From positions 1 through 55,925 of the forward strand of contig CAZLBV010000033.1 of the NCBI GenBank assembly GCA_964557845.1: 55,925 nucleotides of DNA, given 5' to 3'. Each line of letters begins with the position of its first letter. The stretch's first letter is position 1. Of the stretch, positions 8,474 through 17,727 are shown one piece after another. The notes below the pieces were generated by a model that was not told the origin of the DNA, did not search any database, and saw only the letters and a list, made by a program, of their open reading frames with translations. Source of the DNA: an uncultured Eubacteriales bacterium (GTDB taxonomy: Bacteria > Acidobacteriota > Aminicenantia > Aminicenantales > Aminicenantaceae). The translations under genes were made by a program, and so were the position numbers.

Positions 8474-9475
8474 TTACCATTGTATGAAGGCTGAGGCCCA
8501 TGTGAATCCTGACCCGAAGGCAGTGAGCATAACCGTATCTCCTGCTTTGATCCTCCCGCTTTTGAGTGATTGGTCTAAAGCAATAGGAATGGATGCGGCG
8601 GTTGTGTTGCCATATTTATATATATTGCGAATTACCTTTGATTCTGGAATCCCCAGTTTTTTTGCTACCATCAGACTGATCCTTTCATTAGCCTGGTGGG
8701 GGATAAGGTGATCGACATCATCAATCGTCATCTTGTTTTTTTCCAGGGCTGCCCATACAGCTTCCGGCATTTTTTCAACAGCGTTTATAAACACATTCCG
8801 GCCGTTCATTCGGGGAAAATATCTTTTTTCCTCGATCAATTTGGAGCTAAAAGTAGGATTATCTTTGGGGCTGGGTTTTTCCATCCATAAAGTAGAAGCA
8901 AAACGGCCGTCAGAAAAAAGATGAGTGGACAGGATACCTCTTCCATCATCCTGGGGGTTGGGTTCTAAAATTACAGCTCCGCCTCCATCTCCGAAAAGGA
9001 CTGCCATGTCCCTTCCTTCATTCGAGAAATCAAGATTAGTGGATTGCACTTCCGCAGCCACTAACAGAATTTTCCTGTACATGCCTGTTTGGATAAATTG
9101 ATCAGCGATCGAGAGTGCATAGATAAAACCGCTGCATTGATTTCTTATGTCCAGGGCGCCAATGGAATTCAATCCAAGTTTGGCCTGAACAAGAACACCT
9201 ATACCCGGGAAATAATGATCAGGTGACAGTGTGGCCGCCACAATGAAGTCAATCTCCTTTTTGTCGATGCCAGCATCTTCTATCGCCCTCAGAGCTGCTT
9301 CATGGGCTAGATCTGAAGCGCCTGTTCCGGATTCTACAAATCTTCTTTCCTCAATGCCTGTTCTCTGCCGGATCCATTCGTCAGATGTATCAACTATTTT
9401 TTCAAGATCAAAATTGGTAACTATTTTTGCAGGCAGGAAATGTCCCGTTCCTTTAATTATAGTTCTACCTTTCAT
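8474..9475 (-). CDS. fabH: 3-oxoacyl-[ACP] synthase III
   Basis: DTSDEWIRQRTGIEERR, active-site Cys context RNQCSGFIYAL, HQANERI and GNTTAASIP are all FabH hallmarks. Confidence 0.92.
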   Translation of the reverse strand: MKGRTIIKGTGHFLPAKIVTNFDLEKIVDTSDEWIRQRTGIEERRFVESGTGASDLAHEAALRAIEDAGIDKKEIDFIVAATLSPDHYFPGIGVLVQAKLGLNSIGALDIRNQCSGFIYALSIADQFIQTGMYRKILLVAAEVQSTNLDFSNEGRDMAVLFGDGGGAVILEPNPQDDGRGILSTHLFSDGRFASTLWMEKPSPKDNPTFSSKLIEEKRYFPRMNGRNVFINAVEKMPEAVWAALEKNKMTIDDVDHLIPHQANERISLMVAKKLGIPESKVIRNIYKYGNTTAASIPIALDQSLKSGRIKAGDTVMLTAFGSGFTWASAFIQW

Positions 9476-9564
9476 TTCTTTAGTTTGATATAATAATCAA
9501 AAGAAAATGAAAAATAAAGTAAAATTATAAAAAATTCATGTTCTTAACTAAAATTTAAAGACGA

Positions 9565-9594
9565 TTGACAAATTTGATCTACCCATTTTATTCT
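9565..9594 (+). promoter_or_regulatory. candidate sigma70-type promoter
   Basis: TTGACA (9565-9570), 18-nt spacer, TATTCT (9589-9594). The predicted TSS near 9601 favours the ATG at 9632 over the GTG at 9599 as the start of the downstream CDS. Confidence 0.4.
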
Positions 9595-9631
9595 ATGTGT
9601 GAATACAGATTTAATCTATGAGTGCAAATCA

Positions 9632-10144
9632 ATGAAGCGTTTTTTTGGGATATTGGCTGTTTTTATTCTCATTGTTTCCAATGATGTATACTCTTTTGTT
9701 CCTTTCCAGGAAGATATTGTACAGAGTTTTCGTAAAGGCGATTATTTAAAGGTAGAAGCGTTAATTAAGCCCAGCCGTCTTTCCAAGGGAGAAGAAGGAA
9801 CCTTGGTGCTTAAGTTCACGCTTAATGAGGGCATAAAGCTGAGTTCGTATCCATTTTTTTCAATCGAGGTCTCTCCCAATGAAGTCCAGGCTTTTCCCAA
9901 GAATTTTTTTGCAGCCACTGATCTGGATATCCAGAGTGAAGAAAACGATGGAAAGGAGTTTTTAAACGTAGATGAAGACATAGAGATACCTTTCACGGTG
10001 ACCTTGGAGACGGAATCGGGTAATCATGTTCTGGAAGGAAAGGTCAAGTGTTTTGCTTATTCAATCGAACAAAAATGGTTTTTAAAAAACACGATCAATT
10101 TTTCTGCTTCCTATTACGTGAGGAACCGCACCATAAAACGTTGA
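9632..10144 (+). CDS. secreted hypothetical protein
   Basis: Starting at the ATG at 9632 gives a classical signal peptide, MKRFFGILAVFILIVSNDVYSF. The rest is beta-rich with no motif I can name. Confidence 0.55.
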   Translation: MKRFFGILAVFILIVSNDVYSFVPFQEDIVQSFRKGDYLKVEALIKPSRLSKGEEGTLVLKFTLNEGIKLSSYPFFSIEVSPNEVQAFPKNFFAATDLDIQSEENDGKEFLNVDEDIEIPFTVTLETESGNHVLEGKVKCFAYSIEQKWFLKNTINFSASYYVRNRTIKR

Positions 10145-10182
10145 TCTTTTTCTCCACATTCGATACCTCCTTTCAAAAAAAC

Positions 10183-10212
10183 TTGCTGTCCTTTGCTTAT
10201 TTACTGTATAAT
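10183..10212 (+). promoter_or_regulatory. candidate sigma70-type promoter giving a ~240-nt leader for the alpha-oxoamine synthase gene
   Basis: TTGCTG (10183-10188), 18-nt spacer, consensus TATAAT (10207-10212). Confidence 0.45.
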
Positions 10213-10459
10213 TATTCACCAATTTGTGTGTTTGGAAAGGCCGTGATTGGTAAAATTTATTCTATGTCTAAAAGAAAAGCGGATATATTAAGAATTTCTC
10301 CCCTCAGGAAAATAGACATTAGACAATGTGTATCTCAAAAAAGGGCATAACTTGAATTTCTTTCCAAGATAATGATTTTATGTTTAAATTTGGATTCTTT
10401 GAAGACCCGCATTCATAACCAGATGTTTTTAAGGAAAAATTTTAGGGAAGGAGGAGTTA

Positions 10460-11644
10460 GTGAGCATATATGATAAATGCAATGACTTTACACGAGCTGA
10501 AGAAGCCATGAAAATGGATATGTATCCGTATTTTACCCCGATCCAGGAAGTATATGGAAATAAAGTTAAAGTCAATGGAAAAGAGATGATCATGGTGGGG
10601 TCGAATAATTATCTGGGATTACTGGATCATCCAGATGTCATGAAAGCGGCCCAGGCTGCGGTGGATAAATATGGGGTTGCGACCTGTGGTTCACGATTTC
10701 TAAACGGAACTCTGGATATTCACGTGGAACTGGAGGAGAAGCTGGCAAAATTTATGAAAAAAGAAGCTGCGCTGACCTTTAGTACCGGATTTCAAACCAA
10801 TCAGGGCGTAATCTCCACCCTTGTGGGAAGAGGAGAATCCGTCATAACAGACAAAATGGACCATGCCAGCATCATTGATGCCTGTCGGCTTTCCTATGGT
10901 GATGTACATAAGTTTGCCCACAATGATATGAATGATCTCGAAAGAGTGATCTCATCTCTGAATAAAGAAACAGGAAAGATGATTGTTGTGGATGGTGTTT
11001 TCAGTATGGAAGGAGACCTGGCTAATCTTCCCGGGATAGTCGAGTTAAAAAAGAAATATGACTGTGTTCTTATGGTTGATGATGCTCATGGTATCGGAGT
11101 TATGGGTGCTCACGGAAGAGGATCGGCAGAACATTTTGGAGTAGAAGAGGACAGTGATTTGATCATGGGGACATTCAGCAAATCCCTGGCGGCATTGGGA
11201 GGCTTTGTTGTCGGGAATAAGAAAGTCATCTCTTATATTAAGCATCATGCTCGGGCTTTGATCTTCAGCGCAAGCATTACTCCCGCTTCTGTGGCCACGG
11301 TTCTGGCTACTTTAAATATTATTGAAAGAGAGCCGGAAAGAAGGGAAAATCTGTGGAGGATCACTCAAAAAATGAAATCAGGATTTCAAAATATGGGATA
11401 TGATACCGGCCCGACAGAAACACCGATAATACCGGTTATGATAGGAGACGACATGCAAGCCTTCATGCTCTGGAGGCTTTTACGTGAAGAAGGAATTTTC
11501 ACCAATCCTGTGATCTATCCTGCTGTACCACATGGCCAGGCTTTAATCAGAACCAGTTACTCTGCGACACATTCAGAAGAGGAATTGGATATTGTGCTCA
11601 ATAGTTTCGAAAAATGCGGGAAAATGCTGGGAGTTCTAAAATAG
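10460..11644 (+). CDS. PLP-dependent alpha-oxoamine synthase, serine palmitoyltransferase-like
   Basis: Family pattern SNNYLGL, DHASIIDA and DDAHG, with the PLP-lysine context GTFSKSLAALGGF. The FSKS form is the one I associate with SPT rather than BioF (LSKA) or Kbl (LGKA). GTG start follows SD aggagg. Confidence 0.85.
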   Translation: MSIYDKCNDFTRAEEAMKMDMYPYFTPIQEVYGNKVKVNGKEMIMVGSNNYLGLLDHPDVMKAAQAAVDKYGVATCGSRFLNGTLDIHVELEEKLAKFMKKEAALTFSTGFQTNQGVISTLVGRGESVITDKMDHASIIDACRLSYGDVHKFAHNDMNDLERVISSLNKETGKMIVVDGVFSMEGDLANLPGIVELKKKYDCVLMVDDAHGIGVMGAHGRGSAEHFGVEEDSDLIMGTFSKSLAALGGFVVGNKKVISYIKHHARALIFSASITPASVATVLATLNIIEREPERRENLWRITQKMKSGFQNMGYDTGPTETPIIPVMIGDDMQAFMLWRLLREEGIFTNPVIYPAVPHGQALIRTSYSATHSEEELDIVLNSFEKCGKMLGVLK

Positions 11645-11714
11645 ATTGAAACGGAAAATCAAACTCGCGGTTTAAACTATGTTGGACTGCTGAGTCTGAG
11701 GATGGATTATTGAT

Positions 11715-13538
11715 ATGAATAGACAGAAAAATAATATGATCTATAAGGCAGTTTTGATAAGCATTATTCTGTTTAACCTGATATATTTAGCAGAAGCTAC
11801 AGTATTGATCATGCCGTTGGATCAGGTTAAGCCGGGAATGAAGGGTACCGGACGAAGTGTGTTTCTCAAAGATAAGATAGAGGAATTCGATGTTGAGATC
11901 CTGGGGATTCTGAGAGATTATAATCCTAAAAGTCATTTAATTTTGGCTAAGTTAAGCAGTCCCATTATCGATAATTCCGGTATTAGCGAAGGCATGAGCG
12001 GAAGCCCTGTGTACATAGAAGGAAAGCTGATCGGGGCGGTTGCTTATGGATTTGCCTTTGCCAAGGAAGCTGTTGCAGGTATCACTCCGATTGAAGATAT
12101 GCTCGAGGTTGCTGCTAAAGAAGAGGTAAGATCCTCAACATCGAGTTCAAGTAAGGTTCCTTATAAGGACCGTCTTTCCCTTGATGACCTCTTTGAGATC
12201 AACAAAAATGTATTTAAGCGGAGCTCTAAATTTGCATTCGATGGAAGAAACTTGTCTCAAATAAGCATTCCATTGGTCTTTAGCGGTTTTTCCACCAGTG
12301 GGTTTGATAATGCTGCGGATGTTTTTTCAAAGATGGGCTTCAATCCGGTTCAATCCGGAAGCTCCCTTCGATCTTTTGAAGAAATTCCGGACACCGATCT
12401 TTCACTAAGCCCGGGTGACCCGATAGGAGTTCAGCTGATCTCCGGGGATCTAAATATGTCGGCGATCGGAACGGTCACCTATGTTGACGAAGACAAAGTT
12501 CTGGCCTTTGGTCATCCTATGTATGGTCTTGGATCGGTCGAGTATTCCATGGTCAAGGCCCAAGTTATAACTGTGGTGCCTAATCTTTCCTCATCGTTCA
12601 AGATCTCCACAACCGGAGCTCAGATAGGGACATTTTTCCAGGACCGGCCTTCAGGAATTTATGGTAAGATCGGAAATTTTCCAAATATGATTCCTGTGAA
12701 TATCAAGATGCTGAATTCAGTAGGGGATATAAAAGAATTCAAGCTGTCAGTAGTTGACGATAAGATATTAACCCCGTTTTTAGTAAATGTGGTGGCTTCA
12801 AATGTTATTGCATCGGAAGAAAGGGCTTTAGGGGATCTTTCCTTAGAATTCAGCGGCGATATATATCTTGAGAATGGGATGAACGTACATCTTGAAGATC
12901 TATTTTCAGGCAATTTCGATGCATCTATTGTAGAGATTTCGAATCTTTTGACGGCGGTTGTTTTTTATTTGATCAACAACGAATTCAGGGATCTGGGCAT
13001 CCATAAGATTGATCTATCTGTGCGTGCTGAGGCAGAACCAAAATTAACATATTTGGAAAAAGTATGGTTGGATAAATATGACGCCTCTCCCGGTGAACAA
13101 ATACAGATCGAATTGTATACCCGGAATTTTCGCGGAGAAACAGTTGCCCAAAAAGGAGCCTTTATTACTCCCCATCTTCCTTCCGGCTCCGAGTTTTATG
13201 TTGTGGTGGCAGATTCAGAATCGATGCGGCAGCTCGAGGCTTCTCAGTATAAAGTGCAGTCATTCGTTCCCAGGAGCTTGAATCAACTACTGCGTATTCT
13301 CAATAACCAGCGAAAGAATAATCGTATTTATGTCAAGGTCATTGCTTCCAAACCCGGGCTTTTTCTCAAAGGAGAAGAGATGCCCAATCTACCAGAGACC
13401 ATGAAGTCCATGTTTGCCTCACCCCGATCAGCCACCTCTTCTCCTACCGAACTTGATAAATCCACATTGATGTATTATCAACTTCCGGTACCTTATGTTT
13501 TCCGGGGATTAGCAGTGATTCCAGTTAAGATAAACTGA
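11715..13538 (+). CDS. SpoIVB-like S55 family serine peptidase domain protein (secreted)
   Basis: N-terminal hydrophobic anchor. PLDQVKPGMKGTGRSVF...FDVEILG...GISEGMSGSPVYIEGKLIGAVAYGF resembles the S55/trypsin-fold GxSGSP serine motif. Confidence 0.65.
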   Translation: MNRQKNNMIYKAVLISIILFNLIYLAEATVLIMPLDQVKPGMKGTGRSVFLKDKIEEFDVEILGILRDYNPKSHLILAKLSSPIIDNSGISEGMSGSPVYIEGKLIGAVAYGFAFAKEAVAGITPIEDMLEVAAKEEVRSSTSSSSKVPYKDRLSLDDLFEINKNVFKRSSKFAFDGRNLSQISIPLVFSGFSTSGFDNAADVFSKMGFNPVQSGSSLRSFEEIPDTDLSLSPGDPIGVQLISGDLNMSAIGTVTYVDEDKVLAFGHPMYGLGSVEYSMVKAQVITVVPNLSSSFKISTTGAQIGTFFQDRPSGIYGKIGNFPNMIPVNIKMLNSVGDIKEFKLSVVDDKILTPFLVNVVASNVIASEERALGDLSLEFSGDIYLENGMNVHLEDLFSGNFDASIVEISNLLTAVVFYLINNEFRDLGIHKIDLSVRAEAEPKLTYLEKVWLDKYDASPGEQIQIELYTRNFRGETVAQKGAFITPHLPSGSEFYVVVADSESMRQLEASQYKVQSFVPRSLNQLLRILNNQRKNNRIYVKVIASKPGLFLKGEEMPNLPETMKSMFASPRSATSSPTELDKSTLMYYQLPVPYVFRGLAVIPVKIN

Positions 13539-13552
13539 TAGAGGAGACCGGA

Positions 13553-15727
13553 ATGAAAAAAATATTATCAATAGTCTTTGCTGCTGTCCTTTTTTTGATA
13601 GTTAATTTACTTGCGATCATACCTCAAAATTGGAAACTCCAAAATATCGAAGATTATTTAGAGGGAAAATTTTATGGAATTGCTGTAAATTCAAAAGGAG
13701 TGCTTTCTCTTGCTCCGAAAGAAGAAGCGATAAAGGGGCCTGCTCAGGATTTTTATCTTTCTCTTTTAGTTGATTCCACCGGAAATATATTTTTAGGCAC
13801 TGGCCACAGCGGAGAGATCTATAAAATAAATAAAGATGGAGAAGCCGAACTTTATTTTAAATGTCCGGAAATGGATATATATTGTCTTGCTCAAGACTCT
13901 AAAGGAATACTCTACGCCGGGAGTTCTCCCAATGGAAAGGTGTATAAGATCACAGACAAGGGGGAATTCGAGGAATTTTTTAATCCTCAGGAAAAATATA
14001 TTTGGGATCTTAAATTTGATCCCAAGGGAACACTCTTGGCTGCTGTAGGTGAAAATGGCGGTATTTATGCCATAAATCAGAAGGGAGAAGGAGCTCAAAT
14101 TTTAAAAACTGAGGAAAACCACATTCTCTGTATGCGTTTTGATAGGAACAAAAATATCATTGCGGGGAGCGGAGGCACAGGAAGGGTTTACCGATTATCT
14201 GAGGGGAAAAGCCCGCGGATTTTATTCGATTCCTCCTATAATGAAATAAAATCCATTGATCTGGATAGGAATGGATATATATATGCGGCTGCAGCAGGAG
14301 AGGTTACCGTTCCCGCGAAGACAGCTTCGGAGGTTAAGGATAAGCAGATCTCTACAGGAGTTTCTGTTGTAGTCAGTGCTTCTTCTTCTGAAGCTGCTTC
14401 TTCTACCTCATCATCCTCAGCTCAGAAAAAATCAGGAGCCCTATTTAGGATCAACTCAGACGGGATCGCTGAGAAATTGTGGGAGTCAGATAAAGATCTG
14501 GTTTATTCCGTTTTTTGGGATGAGAAGAAAGGACATTTGTTTTTTGGAACTGGTGACAGAGGAAGGATATTGGCATGGAATAGGGAAGAAAAAATAACTC
14601 TCCTTTTCCAGAAAAAATCTGAGCAGATCTATCACCTTATTCCATCGGATAATCATATTTATGTTCTTGCCAATAATCCTGCGGAATTGACCATGCTCAC
14701 CCCTAATCAAGGATTTGAAGGCGAATACATCAGTCAGGTTTTTGATGCAAAAATCCCATCATCCTGGGGGAGAATTGAATGGGAGGCAGATCTGCCCGAA
14801 GGAACGATTCTCCAACTTCTTACCCGGTCAGGAAATTCAGATGAGCCCAGTCAAACCTGGAGCGAGTGGTCTCCCCCTTATCAGAAAAATAACGGAGAAC
14901 AGATCTTAAGCCCAAAAGGCCGGTTTTTACAGTTTAAAGCCAAATTTAAAAGTCAGTCAGGCAGAGTCTCACCAGAACTGAAAAGAGTGTCTCTTTTCTA
15001 CCTCCAGACAAATCTTGCTCCTGAAATAACAGATCTTCAAATTTTCCCTCCTAATGTTGTGTTTATCAAACCTCCGGTTCAGGAAGAACAGGTTTTTGGA
15101 AAGCAGAATGATAATGATGAAAAAACTGATAAAAATTCCCAGAACAGCGCACTGGCTATGGCGAAAAAGACTGAGCGCAAAGGATATCAAACAATTGTAT
15201 GGGAGGCCGAGGATAAAAACAAAGATGATCTGATTTTTTCGGTATATATCAGGAATAGTCAAGAGGACAGATGGAGGCTTCTCCAGGAAAACCTCTTGGA
15301 TAAAATTTATGCTTTTGACACAGTGACCCTGCCGGATGGAATTTATTTCATAAAGGTCAAGGCTGGAGATGAGCTCTCCAATCCGGGTGGGGTAGCTCTT
15401 TCGGATGAGAAAATCAGTAAATCGATGGTAATCGATAATTCCCTTCCTGTGATCAAACAATTCCAAGCTGTTAAGAACGGAAATAAACTCTCGGTCAGTT
15501 TTCAAACGGAAGATTCTTTTTCCCGGATCAAGGAAGTTAAATATCTCATACGCCCGGATATATGGAGGGTGATTTTCCCGGTTGATGGGATCTGTGATTC
15601 CGATCAGGAAAAATTTGAATTTTCTTTGACTTTGGTGCCAAAGTCTGATGATCTGATTACCGTCAAAGTGACGGATGAGCAAGGGAATGTGGGCGTCTAC
15701 CGCTCCACCTTCCTGAATCATCAGTAA
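13553..15727 (+). CDS. secreted beta-propeller repeat protein with C-terminal Ig-like region
   Basis: Signal peptide, then at least 7 repeats of about 45 aa with the pattern G.(I/L)(Y/F).G(T/S)....G.(I/V)Y.(I/L) (for example GNIFLGTGHSGEIYKI, GILYAGSSPNGKVYKI, GTLLAAVGENGGIYAI). A Ser-rich linker SASSSEAASSTSSSS follows. SD gaggag lies upstream. Confidence 0.6.
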   Translation: MKKILSIVFAAVLFLIVNLLAIIPQNWKLQNIEDYLEGKFYGIAVNSKGVLSLAPKEEAIKGPAQDFYLSLLVDSTGNIFLGTGHSGEIYKINKDGEAELYFKCPEMDIYCLAQDSKGILYAGSSPNGKVYKITDKGEFEEFFNPQEKYIWDLKFDPKGTLLAAVGENGGIYAINQKGEGAQILKTEENHILCMRFDRNKNIIAGSGGTGRVYRLSEGKSPRILFDSSYNEIKSIDLDRNGYIYAAAAGEVTVPAKTASEVKDKQISTGVSVVVSASSSEAASSTSSSSAQKKSGALFRINSDGIAEKLWESDKDLVYSVFWDEKKGHLFFGTGDRGRILAWNREEKITLLFQKKSEQIYHLIPSDNHIYVLANNPAELTMLTPNQGFEGEYISQVFDAKIPSSWGRIEWEADLPEGTILQLLTRSGNSDEPSQTWSEWSPPYQKNNGEQILSPKGRFLQFKAKFKSQSGRVSPELKRVSLFYLQTNLAPEITDLQIFPPNVVFIKPPVQEEQVFGKQNDNDEKTDKNSQNSALAMAKKTERKGYQTIVWEAEDKNKDDLIFSVYIRNSQEDRWRLLQENLLDKIYAFDTVTLPDGIYFIKVKAGDELSNPGGVALSDEKISKSMVIDNSLPVIKQFQAVKNGNKLSVSFQTEDSFSRIKEVKYLIRPDIWRVIFPVDGICDSDQEKFEFSLTLVPKSDDLITVKVTDEQGNVGVYRSTFLNHQ

Positions 15728-15845
15728 AATAGGCCGATTTAAATACATCTATTTTCAATCTTGAACCTATACTTTCGGAAAGCAGGAATTATTGAATCGG
15801 TCATTGTGCTGGTTAGATTTATTATCGGCCTATTTTACTGATGAT
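15717..15845. repeat. 22-bp perfect inverted repeat (arms 15717-15738 and 15824-15845) with 85-nt spacer; left arm contains the stop codon of the preceding CDS
   Basis: atcatcagtaaaataggccgat and its exact reverse complement atcggcctattttactgatgat, read directly from the sequence. Confidence 0.9.
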
Positions 15846-15934
15846 CCAGGAATATTTGGTTTTTGCATGTTTTGTGTGCGAAAATTTTGTATCGTAATTA
15901 AATTATAGATTTATGTTTAATTAAGGAATGGGGA

Positions 15935-16498
15935 TTATTTTTTCACCCGTTCGAGGTATTTGTCATCGCGGGTATCTATGCGGACTATATCCCCTTTATT
16001 AATGAACTGAGGGACATTCAGAGTGATGCCGGTCTCAAGCGTAGCTGGTTTATAGCTGGCGGTTTGAGTGGCGCCTTTCAGGAAAGGTTCGGTTTCTATG
16101 ACTTTGAGCTCGAGAAACAAAGGAGGCTCGATTCCGACCGGCTCTCCTTCATACATCTCTATAGTGAAAACAACATTGGGTACAAGATAATTTATAGAGC
16201 TGCCGATGGTATCTTCATCCAGTTTGATCTGTTCATAGTTTTCCAAGTTCATAAAAATATAATGATCCCCTTCCTGATAAAGATATTCCATCTCTATAGA
16301 TTCCAAGTAAACCTGTTCTACTCTATCCTTGGACCTAAACCTATAATCATGGAGTGAGTGATCCGATAACTTTCTCAATTTTGTCTGCATCAGCGCCTGT
16401 CCTTTTCCTGGGGTTACGTGGGTTGTATCCAGGACTTTGTAGAGTTCATCATCTACCTTGATTATCATTCCTTTTCTTAATTGAGTTGCATTTATCAT
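15935..16498 (-). CDS. efp: translation elongation factor P
   Basis: LRKGMIIKVDDELYKVLDTTHVTPGKGQALMQTKLR carries the conserved PGKGQA loop. 187 aa. Confidence 0.95.
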   Translation of the reverse strand: MINATQLRKGMIIKVDDELYKVLDTTHVTPGKGQALMQTKLRKLSDHSLHDYRFRSKDRVEQVYLESIEMEYLYQEGDHYIFMNLENYEQIKLDEDTIGSSINYLVPNVVFTIEMYEGEPVGIEPPLFLELKVIETEPFLKGATQTASYKPATLETGITLNVPQFINKGDIVRIDTRDDKYLERVKK

Positions 16499-16525
16499 TT
16501 TATTATCCTTAGACTGTGTTCCTAA

Positions 16526-17605
16526 TCAATTTTCTACTCTGGCCCCTTCATCCACTTTCACGATATAGGCTTTGGTATCCAGCTTACGCAGCTCTTCGGC
16601 GATAAAATCTGCTTTTCCGGGGGCGTAGGCAAATATACAGCCTCCCAATCCTGATCCATTAATTTTCGCCCCCAGGGCTCCGTTTTCGAGTGTGGTTTCG
16701 ATCATCTTATTCAATTTAGGCGTAGAGATCTTTAGATAGTCTCTCATGACTTCTTGTTGTCGTGAGAGTAGATCTCCGAAATGATGATGATCGAAACTGT
16801 TTGACATAAAAAGCTTTTCTCCCTCGGCTGTAATATCTCTTGTTTTTAAGGTTCCTTTCAGCAGTCTTTTTTCAACATCAGACAATTTTTCAATCTCCGT
16901 CTTTTCTTCTAAGCCCATCGGAGAATTAAGATTGAAATCCTTCAATCTTCTTTTTATTTTACTTATTCCGGTTAAAACATTGTTTTTGATGTGGGAAAGA
17001 GTGCCGGTGGTGTTTTTTCTAATAAGAGAATCTGCCAGGACGAATTCTTTTAAAGGCTGATCAAACTGTCTGACTGAAAAGTTATCTCCAGAATAGACGT
17101 TTACGACTCCGCCCAGAGAGGAGGCATAATGATCCATTTTTCCGCCGGGTTCTTTGAACTCGGCCACTTCCGAGAGAAATCCAAGCTCCGCGATATCCTC
17201 GGGACAATTAGCCCGTTCATCTCTGGCTGCTTCTAGAAGAAATTTTATCCATGCGATCACCATTGCAGATGAGCTGGATGTCCCAGAATTAATGGGTATG
17301 GTCCCCTGGATCCTGCAATCCCAGCCCTTTGAAATGAGAACTTTGTTTCTTCTCAGAACGTTGATAACACTCCTTAGATAATCCCTTTCCTGCAGATATT
17401 TGATTTCTTTTTCCAAAGCGAATTCATCTTTTTCCCCAATGTCAGGAAGATCGAGGAAAAAAATGCTGTCTGGGCGAGATTTTCCCTGAATTGTGACCCT
17501 TAGATTTATAGCTGCTGCTATGATCGGAAGGCCGAAGTAGTCCTGGTGTTCTCCCAAAAGACATAATCTGCCCGGAGCAGAGACTTTTAATTCAGAATCT
17601 ATCAT
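16526..17605 (-). CDS. GHMP-family sugar kinase (galactokinase-like)
   Basis: APGRLCLLGEHQDYFG (galactokinase GEH.DY signature) and the GHMP motif II PINSGTSSSSAMV. Confidence 0.8.
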   Translation of the reverse strand: MIDSELKVSAPGRLCLLGEHQDYFGLPIIAAAINLRVTIQGKSRPDSIFFLDLPDIGEKDEFALEKEIKYLQERDYLRSVINVLRRNKVLISKGWDCRIQGTIPINSGTSSSSAMVIAWIKFLLEAARDERANCPEDIAELGFLSEVAEFKEPGGKMDHYASSLGGVVNVYSGDNFSVRQFDQPLKEFVLADSLIRKNTTGTLSHIKNNVLTGISKIKRRLKDFNLNSPMGLEEKTEIEKLSDVEKRLLKGTLKTRDITAEGEKLFMSNSFDHHHFGDLLSRQQEVMRDYLKISTPKLNKMIETTLENGALGAKINGSGLGGCIFAYAPGKADFIAEELRKLDTKAYIVKVDEGARVEN

Positions 17606-17727
17606 GATTCATTATTATCTAAAATACTTAAACCCTGTCAACTCTTGTATTCTAAACTATTCATAAAAAATGCGAAAAAAAGCTGTTGTTGATTTGTTTT
17701 TTGTTTTCTTTATAAAATGGACAGAGA

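Noticed and set aside
10048-10350. 100-aa plus-strand ORF spanning the 10145-10459 intergenic region, including a 28-aa basic sORF MSKRKADILRISPLRKIDIRQCVSQKRA.
   Set aside because: It starts inside the preceding CDS in another frame, runs through the predicted promoter, has no SD and has a non-protein-like composition.
14969-15748. 259-aa ORF on the minus strand, antisense to the 3' part of the beta-propeller gene.
   Set aside because: It lies entirely within a plus-strand CDS that has clear repeat and domain structure. Its translation is low-complexity and hydrophobic/basic with no motif and no SD. This is a typical shadow ORF of an A+T-rich coding region.
16526-17605. Idea that the galactokinase-like GHMP kinase co-transcribed with efp (27-nt gap) feeds a novel EF-P glycosylation.
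   Set aside because: The EF-P loop is the canonical Lys type (PGKGQA), not the Arg type modified by rhamnosylation. No glycosyltransferase (EarP-like) or nucleotidyltransferase is adjacent. Adjacency alone is too weak to support the idea.
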